Shown in pieces: positions 1 to 14,051 of a stretch of DNA of 64,000 bases; position 1 is the first letter of the stretch; each line of letters begins with the position of its first letter. The DNA is from Ginglymostoma cirratum (Eukaryota): assembly GCA_024137785.1 (NCBI GenBank), contig JAHRHZ010000078.1, forward strand, positions 15,708,936-15,772,935, given 5' to 3'. A program made the translations under genes and the position numbers. Below the pieces are notes generated by a model. The model was given only the letters and a program-made list of their open reading frames with translations, searched no databases and was not told the DNA's origin.

Positions 1-719
1 TTATATGCTAGAGAAAGAGCGCCTTAATGTTGCAGAAGAACGGAGTCATCAGCAATACGTTTGTCACAATGAAAGTTCTCCTGTTCTGCGTCCATCTGTA
101 AATTATCTTATGACAGGAAAAGTGCTTTGAGGTAATATTGATACAGGGAACAGAATGATAAATACCGGAGACTGCAATGCCTGCTACCAAAATTTCTTAT
201 TTTAAAAATGATGCATTGTGACGTTTTGAACACTCCAAAGAACAGTGATTGCACAGTATCTCTGAACTTATCAGAGAGGTGGTTAACTAGATTTTCTGTG
301 GACAACTATGAATTTTTAAGAGTAATGAAGTTGGAACCAAACCATGAAGAAGGAGATTACTGTGTATGAATCATTAAAGACAGTAGATGAAAGATGAGTA
401 GGCCATGCAGGCAGCAAGTAAATCAGAACAAACCTGCAGTGAAAGTCAGTTTATAGAGGAAAGAAAGTCATCCTAGGGACTAGTACTTAATGAGCATAGG
501 TGTCTCTGACAGATTTTCTAAACCTTTTATTTGCAATTCATTTTGTGTTCTTTTAACTTCATCTAAATCAAATGCAGTAATATAGAGAATGCTTACAGAG
601 AATTACTGATTAAAGGTTTATTAATCATCAATGATGTGCATGGGTACAAACTGTAATATCATCACAAGAAATAGCGTTTATATAGCATCTCTAATGTAAA
701 GGAGTCCCAAGGCACCTTA

Positions 720-898
720 GTCAGCATAATGTGGAGCTGGAAGAACAGCATCAAAGGAGTAGGAAAGTCAATGTTTTGGGTCAGGACCCTTCTTCAAATG
801 TCAACATTCCTGCTCCTCTGATGCTGCCTGACCTGCTGCATTCCTCCAGCTTCACACTGTGTTATCTCTGACTCCAACATCTCCAGTTCTTGCTATCT
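720..898. mobile_element. ORF-less fold-back mini-element made of two inverted PLE 3' ends (pseudo-LTRs)
   Basis: Left arm (gtggagctggaagaacagcatc...aggaaagtcaatgtttt) is the reverse complement of the right arm (tgtcaacattcctgctcctctgatgctgcc...gttcttgctatct). Both match the ends of the PLEs at 14186 and 36036. Flanked by ccaaggcacctta (707-719) and ccatggcacctta (899-911). Confidence 0.85.
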
Positions 899-1069
899 CC
901 ATGGCACCTTACATTAGCTTTACAAAATGTACTGTCTGGATATCTATTTCTCCCAGGAATGCCTTCAGTTTTTTTTGTCATAACTGTTCCACTTCCTTCA
1001 ACTACTTTTATGACTAGTTATTGGATTTCTTCTTTTTTTCTGAAATGGTGTGTCATTTCTGCAGTTTTT

Positions 1070-1365
1070 CGTGAGTGATCTATTGTGTGATGATATCACG
1101 TGGCACTAGTAGTAATGCAAAGATAACTACCTTGTTTTTCCTGGACTTCAGCTTCCACCCTAACTCCCTGTACTTGTTTTTCACATTCTCAGTCCTTTTT
1201 CTACCTATATCATTGGTACTGATGTGTACCATGACTGCTGGTTGCTCACCCTCCCCCTTAAGGATCTTGAAGACATGATCCGAGACGTCACGGACGCTGA
1301 CACCTGGGAAGCAACATACCATCGGTTCATCTCATACGCATTCACAGAACCGCCTATCTGTCTTC
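1070..1365 (-). pseudogene. CR1 LINE ORF1 fragment (SGNH/GDSL esterase-like domain), decayed
   Basis: ORF 1080..1322 (MVCCFPGVSVRDVSDHVFKILKGEGEQPAVMVHISTNDIG...) is directly homologous to CR1 ORF1 at 17932..18366. Confidence 0.9.
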
Positions 1366-1997
1366 TTGGTGGTCAATGCCTATTCATAGATCATGGGTGG
1401 CTGTTTGTACTCATAGAAATTGAGCTGTTAAAACGTGATAAAATGTCATATTGTTCAAACTTACTCTTATGCATAGCTGTTGACCAGCTGGTCTTCAATT
1501 AGTTTCCCAAATATCTGCTGGAGTACTTCACAGATCCTGTCACTATCACCATGATGTTAGTTTTGACTCTAACAGGGTATTTTACCTGATGTGGTAATGT
1601 TTATGTTATCACATATAGCAAGAAATTGGGCTAAGATCAAGCTATTGAGTTATACAGAGAAGCATATTTCTAGAACCGTTTTAGATTTAAGTGATCTCAG
1701 GAATAAGATGGACATATGAGACCTTTGTACCCTTAGATCACATGTATAGTACAGTGATGATATCATGAATATGTCTCTTAAAGGTTTACTGAAGTACTGA
1801 CCACAAGACACAACTTCAACACTACATGTCTCATTACTTAGATATATTTATTGTTTTCTCTGGAAAAGCACAGAATGGTGATCTGTGTTCCTCTTGTCAG
1901 TTACTCATTCTCTCTTTCTTTGTCATTTACATTTAATGTTGACCAAACACAGAACTTAGAGAAGGTTTCTTCTTGCTTCTTCAATCTGGTCTTTCTG

Positions 1998-2330
1998 TTA
2001 TTCTTTCATATGAAGTCACTGGCAAGACCAGCAGTTGTTTCCCATCCCCAATTGTCCTTAAACAGAGTGTTTGCTGGGACATTTCAGATGGCAATTAAAG
2101 GTTAACCACATTTCTCTGATGGAGACACATGTCAGCCAGATCAAGTAAAGGACATTATCGAAGCAGATGAATTTCTATGACAACTGGAGATTGTCTCACG
2201 GCACCATTACTGAGGCTAATTTTCAATATCATTTCCTTTTGAATTTATAAAGTAACTGACTTGAATTCCTCCACTGTGTGTTAGTGCTATGGTTAGATTT
2301 GATCGAGAATTCAAAATACAGAGGGGCAGC
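1998..2330 (-). mobile_element. Old tRNA-type SINE (same family as 5330-5640) with CR1-like 3' tail
   Basis: Reverse complement resembles the 5330 SINE body and the gggcaattaggatgggcaataaatgctggcc-type tail of the LINE fragments (e.g. 3270-3335). Confidence 0.55.
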
Positions 2331-2381
2331 TCAAATGCCAACCCTAAAGTATCCAAAACACCCAGAAGGATTGAATCTTAG

Positions 2382-3338
2382 AGGTCAGTCATCTCAGTTC
2401 CAGGACATTTTTACAAGGGTTTCTTAGGGTAATGTCCTAGGCATGGCCATCTTCAGCTGCTTCACCAATGGCCTTCCCTCCATCATAAATTCAGAAGTGG
2501 GGATGTTTGCCGAAGTTTGAACAATGTTTAGCATCATTCACAACTCCTCAGATACTGAAGCAGACCATGCTCAAATACAACAAGATCTAGACAATATCCA
2601 GGCTTGGGCTGACAAGTGGCAAGTAATATTCATGTCAGACAAATGCCAGGCAATGACCAACTCCAGTAAGAGACAATCTGACCACCAGCCTTTAACATTC
2701 AATGGTGTTACCATCACGAGCAACATCCTGGGGGTTACCATGGACCAGAAACTAAACTGGACCTGCTACATAAACACAAAGGCTAAAGAGCAGATGAGAG
2801 GCTAGGAATACTGTGGCAAGTAACTTACCGCCTGATTCCTCGAAGCCTATCTACCATTGACAAGGCACAAGTCTAAGTGTGATGGAATACTCCCCACTTG
2901 CTTGGATGGGTGCATTCCAATTACACCTGTGACACCATTTGGAACAAAACAGCCCACTTGATTGGCACCACATCCACTCCCTCCAACATCAATGTTCAAT
3001 AGCAGTAATGTGTACTATCTACAAGATGCACTTCAGAAATTTACCAAAACTCTTTAGACAGCACCTTTCAAACCCACGAACACTTCCATCTAAAAGGACA
3101 AGGGCAGCAGATACATGGGATCACTGCCACCTGCAAGTTCCCCTCTAAGCCATTCACCTTCCTGACTTGGGTCAAAATCCTCGAATTTCCTCCCTAAGGG
3201 CATTGTGGCTCAACTGACAGCACATGGCCTGCAACTGTTCAAGAAGGCAGCTCACCACCTTATCAAGGGTAACCAGAGACAGGCAATAAATGCTGGCCAG
3301 CCAGTGTAATCCACATCACATGAATGAATTTTAAAAAG
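2382..3338 (+). mobile_element. CR1-clade LINE 3' half (family B), 5'-truncated, decayed
   Basis: RT C-terminal remnants (IQQDLDNIQAWADKWQV, NILGVTMDQKLNW) plus 3' tail aagaaggcagctcaccac...ggcaataaatgctggcc...atgaatgaa, which recurs many times in the window. Confidence 0.9.
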
Positions 3339-4357
3339 TCGTGGGGGGAACAACCAGGGAAAACTTTTGCTTATAAGTAGATTGAACAGAATTTTGGGGG
3401 GGCAGCTCCTGTAAATCCAAGCTAACTCTGTCTTGCAGTTGCTGCTTTGAGCCTATCAGCAGTAGCTGTTGGATAGAAACAGCCTGTTATTAGACGATGA
3501 ATGGGCAGGGGAGTTGGAATGAAAGGAATGAAATTCTTTCCCTGGGTGGGCCCAAAGCCAGGAAGTGTACTGAGGCTGACCAGGGTGGGAGGTGGAAGGA
3601 GGTAGCAAATGTCCAAGACTGGTGAGTGATCTATTGTGAATTAATTTGTCCTGACTCGTGGGGGTGGGCTGTGTGCTAGTTTGGGGGCACATGGCTGGAG
3701 AAGAGAAAGGTTACAAGTGACTGGATGGAGAAGAAACTGCAAAGGGGAAAGAGTGAAGGGAAGGGGAGGTGATGTTTTACTCTTAGGGGGAATGGATGAG
3801 GTCAAAAAGGATGAGGGTGATAGGAAGTCTTAAGTGGGGGTGGGGAGATGGAGATGGAGCTGTGCGGTTATGGATGAGTGGAAAAGATTCTACAAGGGAT
3901 GAGGGTTCAGGCAAGTTGTAGGAGGGATATTTAGGCTGTAAAGTGGTGGAGAGAGCAAGGCTGTAAAGGAGAGAATCAGTTTTGACCTTGTGAACAAAGG
4001 ACTACTCAGTTAACCAGGAGCCTGCAAGTTTAAAATCACTGAGGTGCCAAATTCCTTGCAAATAAATGTGGAATCTCTCGGCCATATTGCATACGTTCAG
4101 GAACTATTATACGGGGACATATGTCGTGGATGTTTTGAATGTAATGACACGATGTCAATTATTAAATTTAAATCAGTAATTGAGATCTGTAATGCAGTTA
4201 AAAGGGTCATCACTGCGCATTCCAGCTTTGTACATATACAATGGCATGAACTATGATCTCACCAGTTTATGGCAAGTGACTATGGGATAATGTTTTTTGT
4301 TCATAGAAGTGTGTGGTAAAAAAAATTTCCAAATTATGCCAGTCAACTTATGCCAAT

Positions 4358-4527
4358 TTAATTACTGTGGAACTTAATAATTTCTTCCCATGTTGTAGGT
4401 TTAAGTTTAGTGGGAGGATACATAACCATCGAGGATATTGATAAAGTTTTCTGAATTTGCTTCTGGGTGTGTGCGAGTACTGCATATTCCAACACACCTA
4501 TAGAAGGCATTCTTAATATGTAACTAC
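4358..4527 (-). CDS. Candidate terminal exon (unidentified product)
   Basis: Acceptor ...ttaatttgtcag, open frame GSYILRMPSIGVLEYAVLAH...IIKFHSN*. Phase-compatible with the candidate exon at 10221-10438. No recognisable homology. Confidence 0.2.
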
Positions 4528-5010
4528 CTGACAAATTAATTAATGAGAACAGAAAGAAACCGCTGAAAATTCTAAAGTAGCACTGAAAAAATTTCAGGAA
4601 GTACCCAGGAAGAAAGAAAATTCTGCACTCATTGAATCCCATGTCCTGAAGGCATTAACCTGGGGCAATAGTTGACTAGACTAGTGGCATTGCCACAACA
4701 CCACAGCATCTCCCCATGTTACCTCTGTCGTACATCAAGCTGAATAAACAAATTGATTCAAAAGGAAGGAAAAAGTTATGATTCTCCGATTATTTATTCA
4801 AAACTGATGGGGGACATTTCAAAGTGATTGAATAGGCCCTTACTCAACAATCTCAGATTGTATGATAAATCCCTGATGATAAAAATATAAACACAGTGTC
4901 AGGTATGTAGATGCAACTTTTGCATCAAATCCTGCATTGAAGTTACTCAGTATTCAAATCGCTCAAGTTTTATTTTATAGTCATCAGCATTTCATATAGA
5001 AAATAATCAT

Positions 5011-5145
5011 CTGTTCTGAGGAAGGGTCAGCGGCCCAAAATTTTAACTCTGGCTTCTCTTCACAGATGCTGCCAGACCTTCTGAGCTTTTCTAACAACTT
5101 CTGTTTATGTTTCTGATTTACAGCAGCCGCAGTTCTTTTGATTTT
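5011..5145 (+). mobile_element. Solo PLE-type pseudo-LTR beginning at a decayed hammerhead motif
   Basis: Starts ctgttctgaggaagggtcagcggcccaaaattttaact. Same family as 17470-17610. Flanked by tagaaaataatcat (4997-5010) and tagaaaataattat (5146-5159). Confidence 0.8.
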
Positions 5146-5329
5146 TAGAAAATAATTATATTGCATAAAAATTACCATAACTCATGAAAGACCACAGTAA
5201 AGTTTGGACTCTTGCATCAAGCCCGCCCGATTTGTGCCCACAAATTAGACAGGAATCTGTCAGGTCAGGTGGGTTTGCCAATTTTTATGGCATGCAATTT
5301 CTTGTGAGTGAGCTTTGCAGATAGTGAGA

Positions 5330-5640
5330 GGTGATGTGGTGAAACGGTGGCAATATCACTGAACCAGTGATCCGAAGGCCCAGGTTAATACTCTGCAGTC
5401 ATGGCTTCAAATCTCAACATGGCGGATGGTGATGTTAGAATTCAATTTATAAATCCATACTTAAAATTTAATCAAATGATGACCATGCAATCTTTGTCGA
5501 TTGTTGTAAAAATTGGTTCACTAATGTTCTTTAGGGAAGGAAATCTGTCTTTCTTGGTTGGTTTGGCCTACATGTGATTCAAGATCCTCAGAAATGTGGT
5601 TAATTCAAAATGTCCTCTGAATCAGCCCAATAAATCATTC
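5330..5640 (+). mobile_element. tRNA-derived SINE
   Basis: Decayed A/B-box-like head (ggtggcaatatcactg...ggcttcaaatc) and body ggttcactaatgttctttagggaaggaaatctg. A related head occurs at 58690-58800. Confidence 0.65.
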
Positions 5641-5669
5641 AATTATATCTACCTGCTACGAAGTCCAAG

Positions 5670-6007
5670 GAAAGGGCTCTAAACTGTACATCCTTTTTAT
5701 ATTCCTTTGTACTGAAGACTAATCTGTATTAACTCTGAGTGTGTGTGTGTTTGCGTGGGTATTGGTGAGGGTCCAGAAAGGCCACATGCTAGATTCATGT
5801 CATCATTATTTTCTCAGGGTTTACAATTAATAAAGATGCTCTTTCTTTGACTCAAGTAAACCTTGTAATTAGCTGATTATTGCTAACTGTGAAAACAGTT
5901 AACTATATTTTAACTTATGAAATATATAGTGATATGCCAAAAATCTTTGTTGCAACCAAAGAGTTGGAAAGATGGGAGCTGATGTACCCCTCCTCACCTG
6001 GTCGCTT
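5670..6007 (+). mobile_element. Possible solo LTR remnant
   Basis: aataaa signal and terminal ...cccctcctcacctggtcg resembling shark LTR ends. Recall-based only. Confidence 0.3.
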
Positions 6008-7165
6008 GCTTCTACTTAAATTGTGACAGTATCATCATTAAAAACATTACCCAAGTGCTGTTGTCAGTAAAGCAGACTAAGGGAAAATTTGGTTTGTGTT
6101 TCAACTCAATTTTATGGACAAAATATTCCTCATTAAAAAAACCATGTGAGTATTCCCCAATTTCCCACAATAATTATTCCTTATCTAGCTGTATTCATCT
6201 GAGAAAGGATATTAACCACAATGATCCATGTGTTTGAGCTGGACCATTGGAATCACTGCCCTCTCCAACTTAGAGCTGGCTCTCTTCTGTGAAAGTGGGT
6301 GTTACAAGTCAGGACGCATCTCATCCTTGTGTCGCTGCACAGTCTTCTTCCACAAGTCTTGCTGCAAGTTTCACTGAGCAGTGAATTCCAGGTGTGCGTT
6401 TTTATTCCCCTAGCCTTGAACCTTCCAGAATGTTCTGCAGTCTTTGGCCAATGGAGTCATGTGTGGGGTTCAAAGCATCCTATGGGGTACTCAAACACCC
6501 CTCTTTTGCCATGCCAGGGAAATGTAAGATGCATGTTCTCAGGCATTGGCTGATTGTCAAGGTGCCAGAAAGTCGAATCGACATTTCTCCAACACACAAG
6601 GCTGGTGGTAATTGGTTCTCCTTGTACCTTTGTGATCTCTTTGACTTTGGTTTCCAATAATCTGTAGCCGATAGATGCTGGCTGCTGTCTAATTTACTTT
6701 GGCCAATTTTCTGTCAGACCCAATTTCTCCAGCTGTGGGCCAATTTCAAATGGCCAATTTTGAGCCTGTGGTCACTTGACTACATCTTTGAGGTTGGAAA
6801 ATCCATTCATCTTTTCAAGTCTGTAGGATCAGTGTTCATTTAGCTTTCTTTTGTTGATATTTATGTCCTGGTGCATCATTTGCTGACTTGTCCTTCTCTG
6901 TTAAGATACGGTAGGCTTTAATTTTGGAATCCCTTAAACACAGGGCTATTTTCTTTGAAGAAAAGGAGGACCACTGCAGGAATGTGAATGTGGAAGATAT
7001 TCTGTCAACCCAACAGTAGCAGCATATCTGCCTCAGCAGACATATGGTATGCAATGGTTCCCAGCCCCCAAGATCTGGTCCTACAGACCATTAGTGCATA
7101 AAATGGAAAGAGAAATGCTGGAAATACTCAACAGATAATCTGGCATCTTCAGAAAGAGAAACAGA

Positions 7166-7902
7166 GGATGGAAATTTCCATCCCTGGAGGTGGCAAGGGA
7201 TGAAAACAATTGGGCAAGTTGCCACAGAGAAGAAATTGCTCCCTCCTCCTTATCCCTGCAATTAAATGTTGGGCATGGGTAATTTTCTCAACATGACAAT
7301 GATTAAAGCCCTTAAGTGATCAATTGTTGGCCAGTTAAGGATCTAAACTCATCCTACCTTCCTGGTGACTGGGAAACATGGCCATTTTCCCAACTGGGAT
7401 ACCAAGGTGACCTGCCAGTAGAGTTTGGGAGCAGCCTCAAATTGCCTCAATCTGGGGCAATTGGAGGCATGAGGGCAGGCAAGCAAGCAATGGTCTCTAA
7501 ATGTCATTCTCCCGTCCTTACTTCTGACATCCTTGAGCCCTCTCTCCCCACGAAGCTAACCTCTTGGGAAGAAAAGAAATGACTTATCTTCTCACTGTTG
7601 GATCCATTCCAGAGTTGGCCTCAAGTAGCAGTCCTTAGGACCTGGATTGACCAGCAGCTTCTGGCAACCTGATATCTAGATAATGCTAGGGAATGAAACA
7701 TGCCTTTGAGCTGCCTATTAGCTCTTAATGACCAGTTACAATGTGAGACCGTGAGTTATTGCAGCAGTGGGGGCAGGGGTGGGTGGTGTGTTGCCACCAT
7801 CTAACAGGGTTTGACCCCCACCTCACCATCACCATACATACACACACACACACGCACACACACACGCACGCACGCAGAGTCAAAACACAGGAAAATCCTG
7901 GC
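7166..7902. mobile_element. Non-autonomous DNA transposon (Harbinger/MITE-like), decayed
   Basis: Imperfect terminal inverted repeats ggatggaaatttcc / ggaaaatcctggc. Splits the pLTR. Confidence 0.45.
7833..7876. repeat. (CA)n/(CACG)n microsatellite
   Basis: catacatacacacacacacacgcacacacacacgcacgcacgca. Confidence 0.95.
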
Positions 7903-10220
7903 TAGAGTTAGTGTGTTAGAACTGGAAAAAGGAAAAGTTTGAAATTAAACACTTTATAAAGAATTACAGAGGCAGAGAAAGGGACCAGAGGTGGAAAGAC
8001 TTTGATAGCATGGAAAGCAAAAGTGAGTAAGTGACAACAAAAGAGCAGATAGTACAAATAGGTGGTAGTGCGTCAAGTAAAGAAACAATATATCGGTCAA
8101 GAGGAGCTGTAAATGACAACAGTGAAATCATTAAAAGAATTAGTTGCTTAAAGACAGTAACAAATAAGGAGAAACGCAAGTATTTTTAACACAATATAAA
8201 TTTTGGAACTTATAAAGCATCTTATGGGAAAGCGAGGTGCTGGTGTTTGAGATTACATTGAACTTCACTGACACAGTGGAGAAGGCTGAGGGCAGAGGTA
8301 GTCATTCAAAGATTTCACATGGAAATTGACCTGAATCTCAGGGTCATGCTTGTACTTCGTAACCAACTCCATGGGGTAAAAATAATGGATGCTCCCAAGG
8401 CACGGAGCAGGGGTGCATCGGAATGCTGGTGAAATTGACTGGGGTGGGGAGGGCAAACAATGGGGTGACAGTGTCTAAAATAAAACACTGTTGGGGTGAG
8501 AGACCTGTTGGGGATTGGTGGCCCAGGAAACAAAGTGCACACATCTACAGGATCTAGGAGGCCCAAACAAGTTGTGAAAAAACAACCCACATATGAAATG
8601 TTTCACTTTCAGTTGATCTCCTTGATCCTGACAAATCTGTTCATGCTACTCCTTCAAAGTTCCACACTGATCTCTATATAAGCAAACACACACGTCCACT
8701 CAATTCACTTCTCCAACAGACATGATGAGAAGCTCCTCTCCACAGTCCCCCTACGTGCCCACTCTACAGCTTCCCTCCCAAATGCCCTCCCCCCTGCTTA
8801 ATCAAGAGTTCACATTGTCAAACCTCCTGTTTCCAACTCTCCACTCCAACTATTTCAGCAGACTTTCTCCTCCAGCACCCTTGCAGTTGCAGGACCCTCA
8901 CCAGTGTTGACTAAACCCCTCCCACCTTGAGGAACTCCCTTCACGGACTTGAGGGAATCTCTTCCTATTTCTGCTGGTACTCCTCCATGAGGTTGCCAGA
9001 CTCTCTAGTCAGGTTTACTGGACCCCCTCCCTGGATCTCAGTCCTAACTGGGACTCTGGACTCATGACCCAGACACTACCATCTAACTGACTCAGCCCTG
9101 CTGTTACTGGGACCCTGCAGTCCGGTACACCACATGTTCCACCTCTCCCATGCTTCCCTCCCTTCCTACCCAAATGCAAATAACTTTCTGAGAAGGTTGA
9201 TAGAGCACTGTGCTGCTTACTCTCTGCTCACTGTCCTCCTACTGCTTTTCATGGTTGAGATGTTGTGGACCCGGGGCTGTGCAGTTGTAGATGAATAATA
9301 CACTTGTACAGATGCTAAAATACTCAGGCAACGGTAAAAGGATATTGCAGCAGTCTCTTCAGCCACTGCCTGGAGAAAGCCAGGGCACACAGCATCCCAG
9401 GAAGACCACAGGACAGGTACAGGACAGTTGTAATGATTGATCACTCTGCATTTTCAGAATAAACAGAGTTGAAATCAAAGCAATCATCAAATCTTCATAA
9501 TTGGTCTCACCAGTGTAGGAGAGATGGTATTGCAAGCAGTAGGTACAATTATTATATTGAGGAAAGTAAAAGTATTTTTCAGTTTCACCCAAAAGGAGAG
9601 TTTGAGCCCTGGATGGTGGTGAGGTGAAAGGGAAGGAGCTGCAGTTGTGTGGGAAGGGAAGTGAGTGGCAGAGTAACAGAAAAGTGGACCAAGATGTGGC
9701 AGTGGAAGCCGTCTTTTAGAATACTCCAATGGCAGACATTAAGAGCTGCAGGGATTCCGGATCAGCATGTGGTGGAAAGAATTTGGAGCCTCTGTCATCA
9801 CTATCCATGACTATCGGATTACAATATGGTTGTAAAAGAGTATGCTGTCGCAGCTCTGACAGGACCAGTTGGCTGGGCTGCCAAGGTGGATCAGATTGGT
9901 GCTAAAAGCATGGTGTTCAATCTGGTTCTGGTGGATTCAGGACTTGCCTTTTTGACCTACCTCGGATCAAGATCACAGTGCTGTAAGTTAGACCTACCTT
10001 CAGGCAGAGAACTCAAGCATATGTGAATGCTTAATTAAACATAGACCGCAGTTGAACATTTCCTCAGAGACACGTTCATTATAATAGTGCTTTCAGTGGC
10101 ACTATACTTAGGGGTGATCAACAACCAACATACTTGACTGACCATGACAGCAACAGATTGGAAACATAGACTGACTTTCAAAATTCTTTGATTTCTTTAG
10201 CAATCAGGAAGAAATCTGAC

Positions 10221-10438
10221 CTTTAAGTGATGAGCAGAGTTGATGACAGCCAAGTTGCAAATTCTTTACGGGAAGGAGGAAGACTAAATTACTTTTCTGA
10301 TTTATGCATAATTTCTTGCAATGAATTGGCATCCGTTTCCATGGGGAAAGGTATTGCAACAAATGTTCTTCTACTGGAGCTGAACCTACAGTATATATAA
10401 GCAACTGCTCATGAACCTTCTCATGCATCTCTTTAACA
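10221..10438 (-). CDS. Candidate internal exon (218 nt, unidentified)
   Basis: Acceptor tatttctactttttag, donor AAG|gtcaga, open frame VKEMHEKVHEQLL...CSSLK. No recognisable homology. Confidence 0.25.
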
Positions 10439-11349
10439 CTAAAAAGTAGAAATATTTCCATTGGAAAATATTATTGGCAGAACTGAATTTCATATTCTGT
10501 AAGCACATGGGAATCTGGAACTCAATACAAATTAAATAACAGCTTTTAGTAATTCAATATATTTTAAAGAAAATACCAAGCTTCTTGTGGTACCACCCTT
10601 GAAAAATACATTGCATGTTGAGAAAGCAAAAGAAACTGAGGAGCAATGCTTTTAGTTTCTGAAAAGGGCTATTGTAAGTTTTAACAGAGAACTGAGCCAG
10701 TGCTAACAATTGACAGAAATTCTATCAAGAATATTAAGTTTGCTTTGCAACTGCAATTGAAATAGTAATGTTGTAAACTTAATTTATGCTGGAATAAATC
10801 TAGGAACCCCACAGACAGACCACACCACACCCTGCTCAGTTAGGCACCCATAAAGTTTTCTTTTTGAAGGGCTGTTTTACAATACACATTTGTCTCTATT
10901 AGTTGTTTATCCAGAAAACTACCCACACATTCCTTATTAAATGCTATGTAATGAAATAAGTTAAATATATAAGGTTAAATGTGAGAACAATTGCAGCATT
11001 AACCATCAGATTATTTAACCCTTGTGGAACTGGAATTGCATTTTAGCACTGGTTCAGGATTTTCCACAGCTTAACACAAGACCCCTTTGAAGCACTCTTC
11101 AACGTGTGCTCAATGCATTAATTATCCAAGTGCTAACTGGAGCCGAGGTCCTAAAGTACTACCCCCATGGGAAATGAAAGTGAACAAGGATATCTTTTGA
11201 AATCTTGAATCAAAAGTAAAACTTATAACCATGCTTTCAAGGTCTCTTGGTTTTCTTTTAAATTTTCTGAGGATGGTCATTCATTCTGGGAAACAGTTTT
11301 GTTGGTCTGATATATTGAGGTATAGGGAACAGCAAGTATTATAAATGGA

Positions 11350-12520
11350 TTCTTCTTCTCGGGTATGTTTCAAAACTTCCATTATCATTTCTCCTAAAAC
11401 ATCTACTACTTTACATCCCTTTCTACCATCCTTGCAAATTACCTGCAAATTGTCTCTTTCTTCTCTCAAACCCATGAACAAATTTTTTGCCTCTGAAATC
11501 CATCTTTCCTGTAAGTCGAGGCTTGAATCAAGATTTGATCCTGTCATTAAAACAGACAAGTTTAAAGGCAGACATACTTTGTGATTATAACAGAGATACA
11601 TTCTTCCTTCTCATTCTCCTCACCTTGATATTATCTTTGAAATTTAACCATAAAGTCCTCCTTCAACACCTCTCTTCCACTCTCTAGCTCAGTGGGACTT
11701 TCCTTACTTGGTTTCAGTCTGATCTATCTAACCATAGCCAGATCATCTCCACCAATCCCCTCCCCTCCTGATCTCCACCAACAATTCCAGAATTGCACAA
11801 CTATGTATTCTTGTCCTACTTTTCTACATCATCTACATGTTACCCCTTAGTGACAATATCCACAGACTTGGGTCAGTTTCCACATATTTGTTGACCACCC
11901 CCAGTTGGACTTCTCCATGCCCTCTTTCAACTTCCCCACTGTCTCTGTGTATTCAGGGTGCTTGTCCAGCCTCAAATCTTGGATGAGTCACAAATTTTCT
12001 TTGGCAAAACAATGACATAACCAAAGGCAAAGTCATCAGCCCCTGCCATGAACTCATACCTTCAACAGCAATTCCATTCTCCTCCATCTGCTCATCCATA
12101 TTGAAATCACAGATGTCCCATTTTATTTGATCCTGAATTGACCACTTTAGCCATTATCTTCTGCTGTCACTTTCATGATATTGCCCACTTCAGTGCATCA
12201 TCTGGTGAGGCCATTAGCCATGTCCTTCTCACCTTCAAACTTGAATCTTCTAGAATTTCCTGGCTAGCCTCCTATCCTCCATGTTCTGTGAATTAAAGCT
12301 CATTCAAAACTCTACTGCCTGTATTTTATCCCCAGTGAGTTCCACTTACCCACTATCCTTGTACTTATTGACATACATTGGCTCCTGGTACTGAAGGACT
12401 CAAATTTAAAGTTTTCATCTTTGTGTTTCTAAACCGTCAATTTCTAAACCTTCAAAGTCCCTCCCTTTCTCTTTACACACCCCCATACTAACCTCTCCCT
12501 GCCAAAACTCTCCAGTTCTC
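11350..12520 (+). mobile_element. Ancient L2-clade LINE RT fragment
   Basis: Decayed FKT.II.P, S.L.W.S.NFL.N..KT and FH.(Y/F)ADD-like (ttccacatatttgttgaccaccccc) remnants; pyrimidine-rich sense strand. Confidence 0.65.
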
Positions 12521-13294
12521 TGGCTTCTTGTGCATCCAAACTCCATAATCTCTCTATTTCTCCTTTAACGCTATACATCTCTGAACTAAACTTTAAATAT
12601 TCCCACTTAATGTTGACCACCTATTTTGTTCACCTCTGGTAAGCACCTTGGACTGTTTCTTCTCTATGATGTGAATAAAAGTGTATATTTCCACAATGGT
12701 TCAACCACTCACTAAGCAGGACTCTGTGGAAAAGTTGTCGGAAAACACCTGGAGCTCAGTTATGCTGATCATTGGGGAATTCAGCGGGTACAATTTATGA
12801 CCGATGATCTGGAGATTTCAATTGTAGTTTCCACTCTATAGCTTCAATTTGCAATCACTTCCTTGTTAAAATGCAAAGGTTGATGGTTCACTTTAAAATC
12901 TCAATTTCAGTGGCCAAATGCTTCAATTGTCATTAAGCGTTGAATGAAATAACTTTTTCTTTGGAGACACATCAGTACAGACAAATTGGACCAAAGGGTC
13001 TGCTTCTGTTCTGTATAACTCTATGACTCCAAGTTTGAGTTAACACCTTAGGATACTTCATTGAATTACAGTAGAATATTAGATATCATTTTACCAAGAA
13101 TGCAAACTGAATTTGAACTGGTGTGAAGCAAAATAAAGTTTAACTGCCATAAACCACTTTGTGTACATTGAACATTGTCCTTGTATAGCTACTAAAACTT
13201 TTTAATTACAACAAATGATAATAAATGGGTCAAAATATAATAAGGTGAAATTAGGACAGTTACCTGACTAAATTACCAGTTAACCTGTTAAGTT

Positions 13295-13575
13295 ACTTTT
13301 TTTTGTTTGTTCATGACACGTAAGCAATGCTAACATGTCAAACATTTGTTGTGCGTACCCAAATGCCCTTAGAATGGCGTGTTGAACTGCTTTCTTGAGT
13401 AACTGCAGTCCATGTGGTGGAAGTAGGCCTACCTATAATAAGTTAGAGTTAGTGCTCCTGGATTTTGACCCAGCAACAATGAAGGAACAGGGACTTAGTT
13501 CCGTGTCCATGTGGCCCATTGAACATTAAGGGAAAATTCTTCTTTGTTGAAAACGATCATTGCCTGGCACGTGGA
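13295..13575 (-). mobile_element. CR1-clade family B 3' fragment
   Basis: Reverse complement of the tail seen at 3150-3335 (ggattttgacccagcaacaatgaaggaac). Confidence 0.7.
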
Positions 13576-14051
13576 TGGAAGCATTTGTTCCCCTGCAAGA
13601 CTAGGGGTATAAATGTAGTACTTTAAATTTGACTTTGGAAGTCAACCTATTTTGTACTTTCCAGAGTAAATTTGAAAATGGGCTTTTCTCATGCAGCAAA
13701 TTATTAAAACCATAGGATCATAGATTACTTTCCTGTGTTATGGTACTAGAAACTACAAAGTCTGATTAAGACTCCCATTGTATTCTGTTACCCTGCCAAC
13801 ACCATTAGAAAATGTTGAGCCACCTGACTGCCAGACAGTAGATCAATTACCAAAATAAGCTAAGATCACACTCACAAAAACAAGTGTCAGATGTTAAAAA
13901 TGTACTTAAAAATGACAGACTTAAAATGGTTTTAAAACCAATTGCAAAAAATGGGAAATGAATTGTTTTTTCTGATATGGTTCCTCATTACCGGACTAGA
14001 AAATCAAACTTTGCTTGATAAATGGCCCTGTTCCTTTCTGTCTACTTGCAG

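Larger units (their letters stand above)
7095..8320 (-). mobile_element. Old PLE 3' end (pLTR plus GIY-YIG C-terminal remnant) interrupted by the 7166-7902 element
   Basis: 7105-7165 is an inverted pLTR (aaatgctggaaatactca...gagaaacaga) resuming at 7903 (tagagtt). Minus strand of 8200-8320 resembles the HC..EEQHL.F.LG region of 15650-15750. Confidence 0.5.

Noticed and set aside
3690-3990. Purine/G-rich tract, possible G-quadruplex
   Set aside because: Low-complexity part of a decayed repeat; no regular structure.
9221-9445. 225-nt minus-strand exon-like segment with AG/GT
   Set aside because: Phase after the 10221 donor creates an immediate stop; region looks like decayed DNA-transposon sequence.
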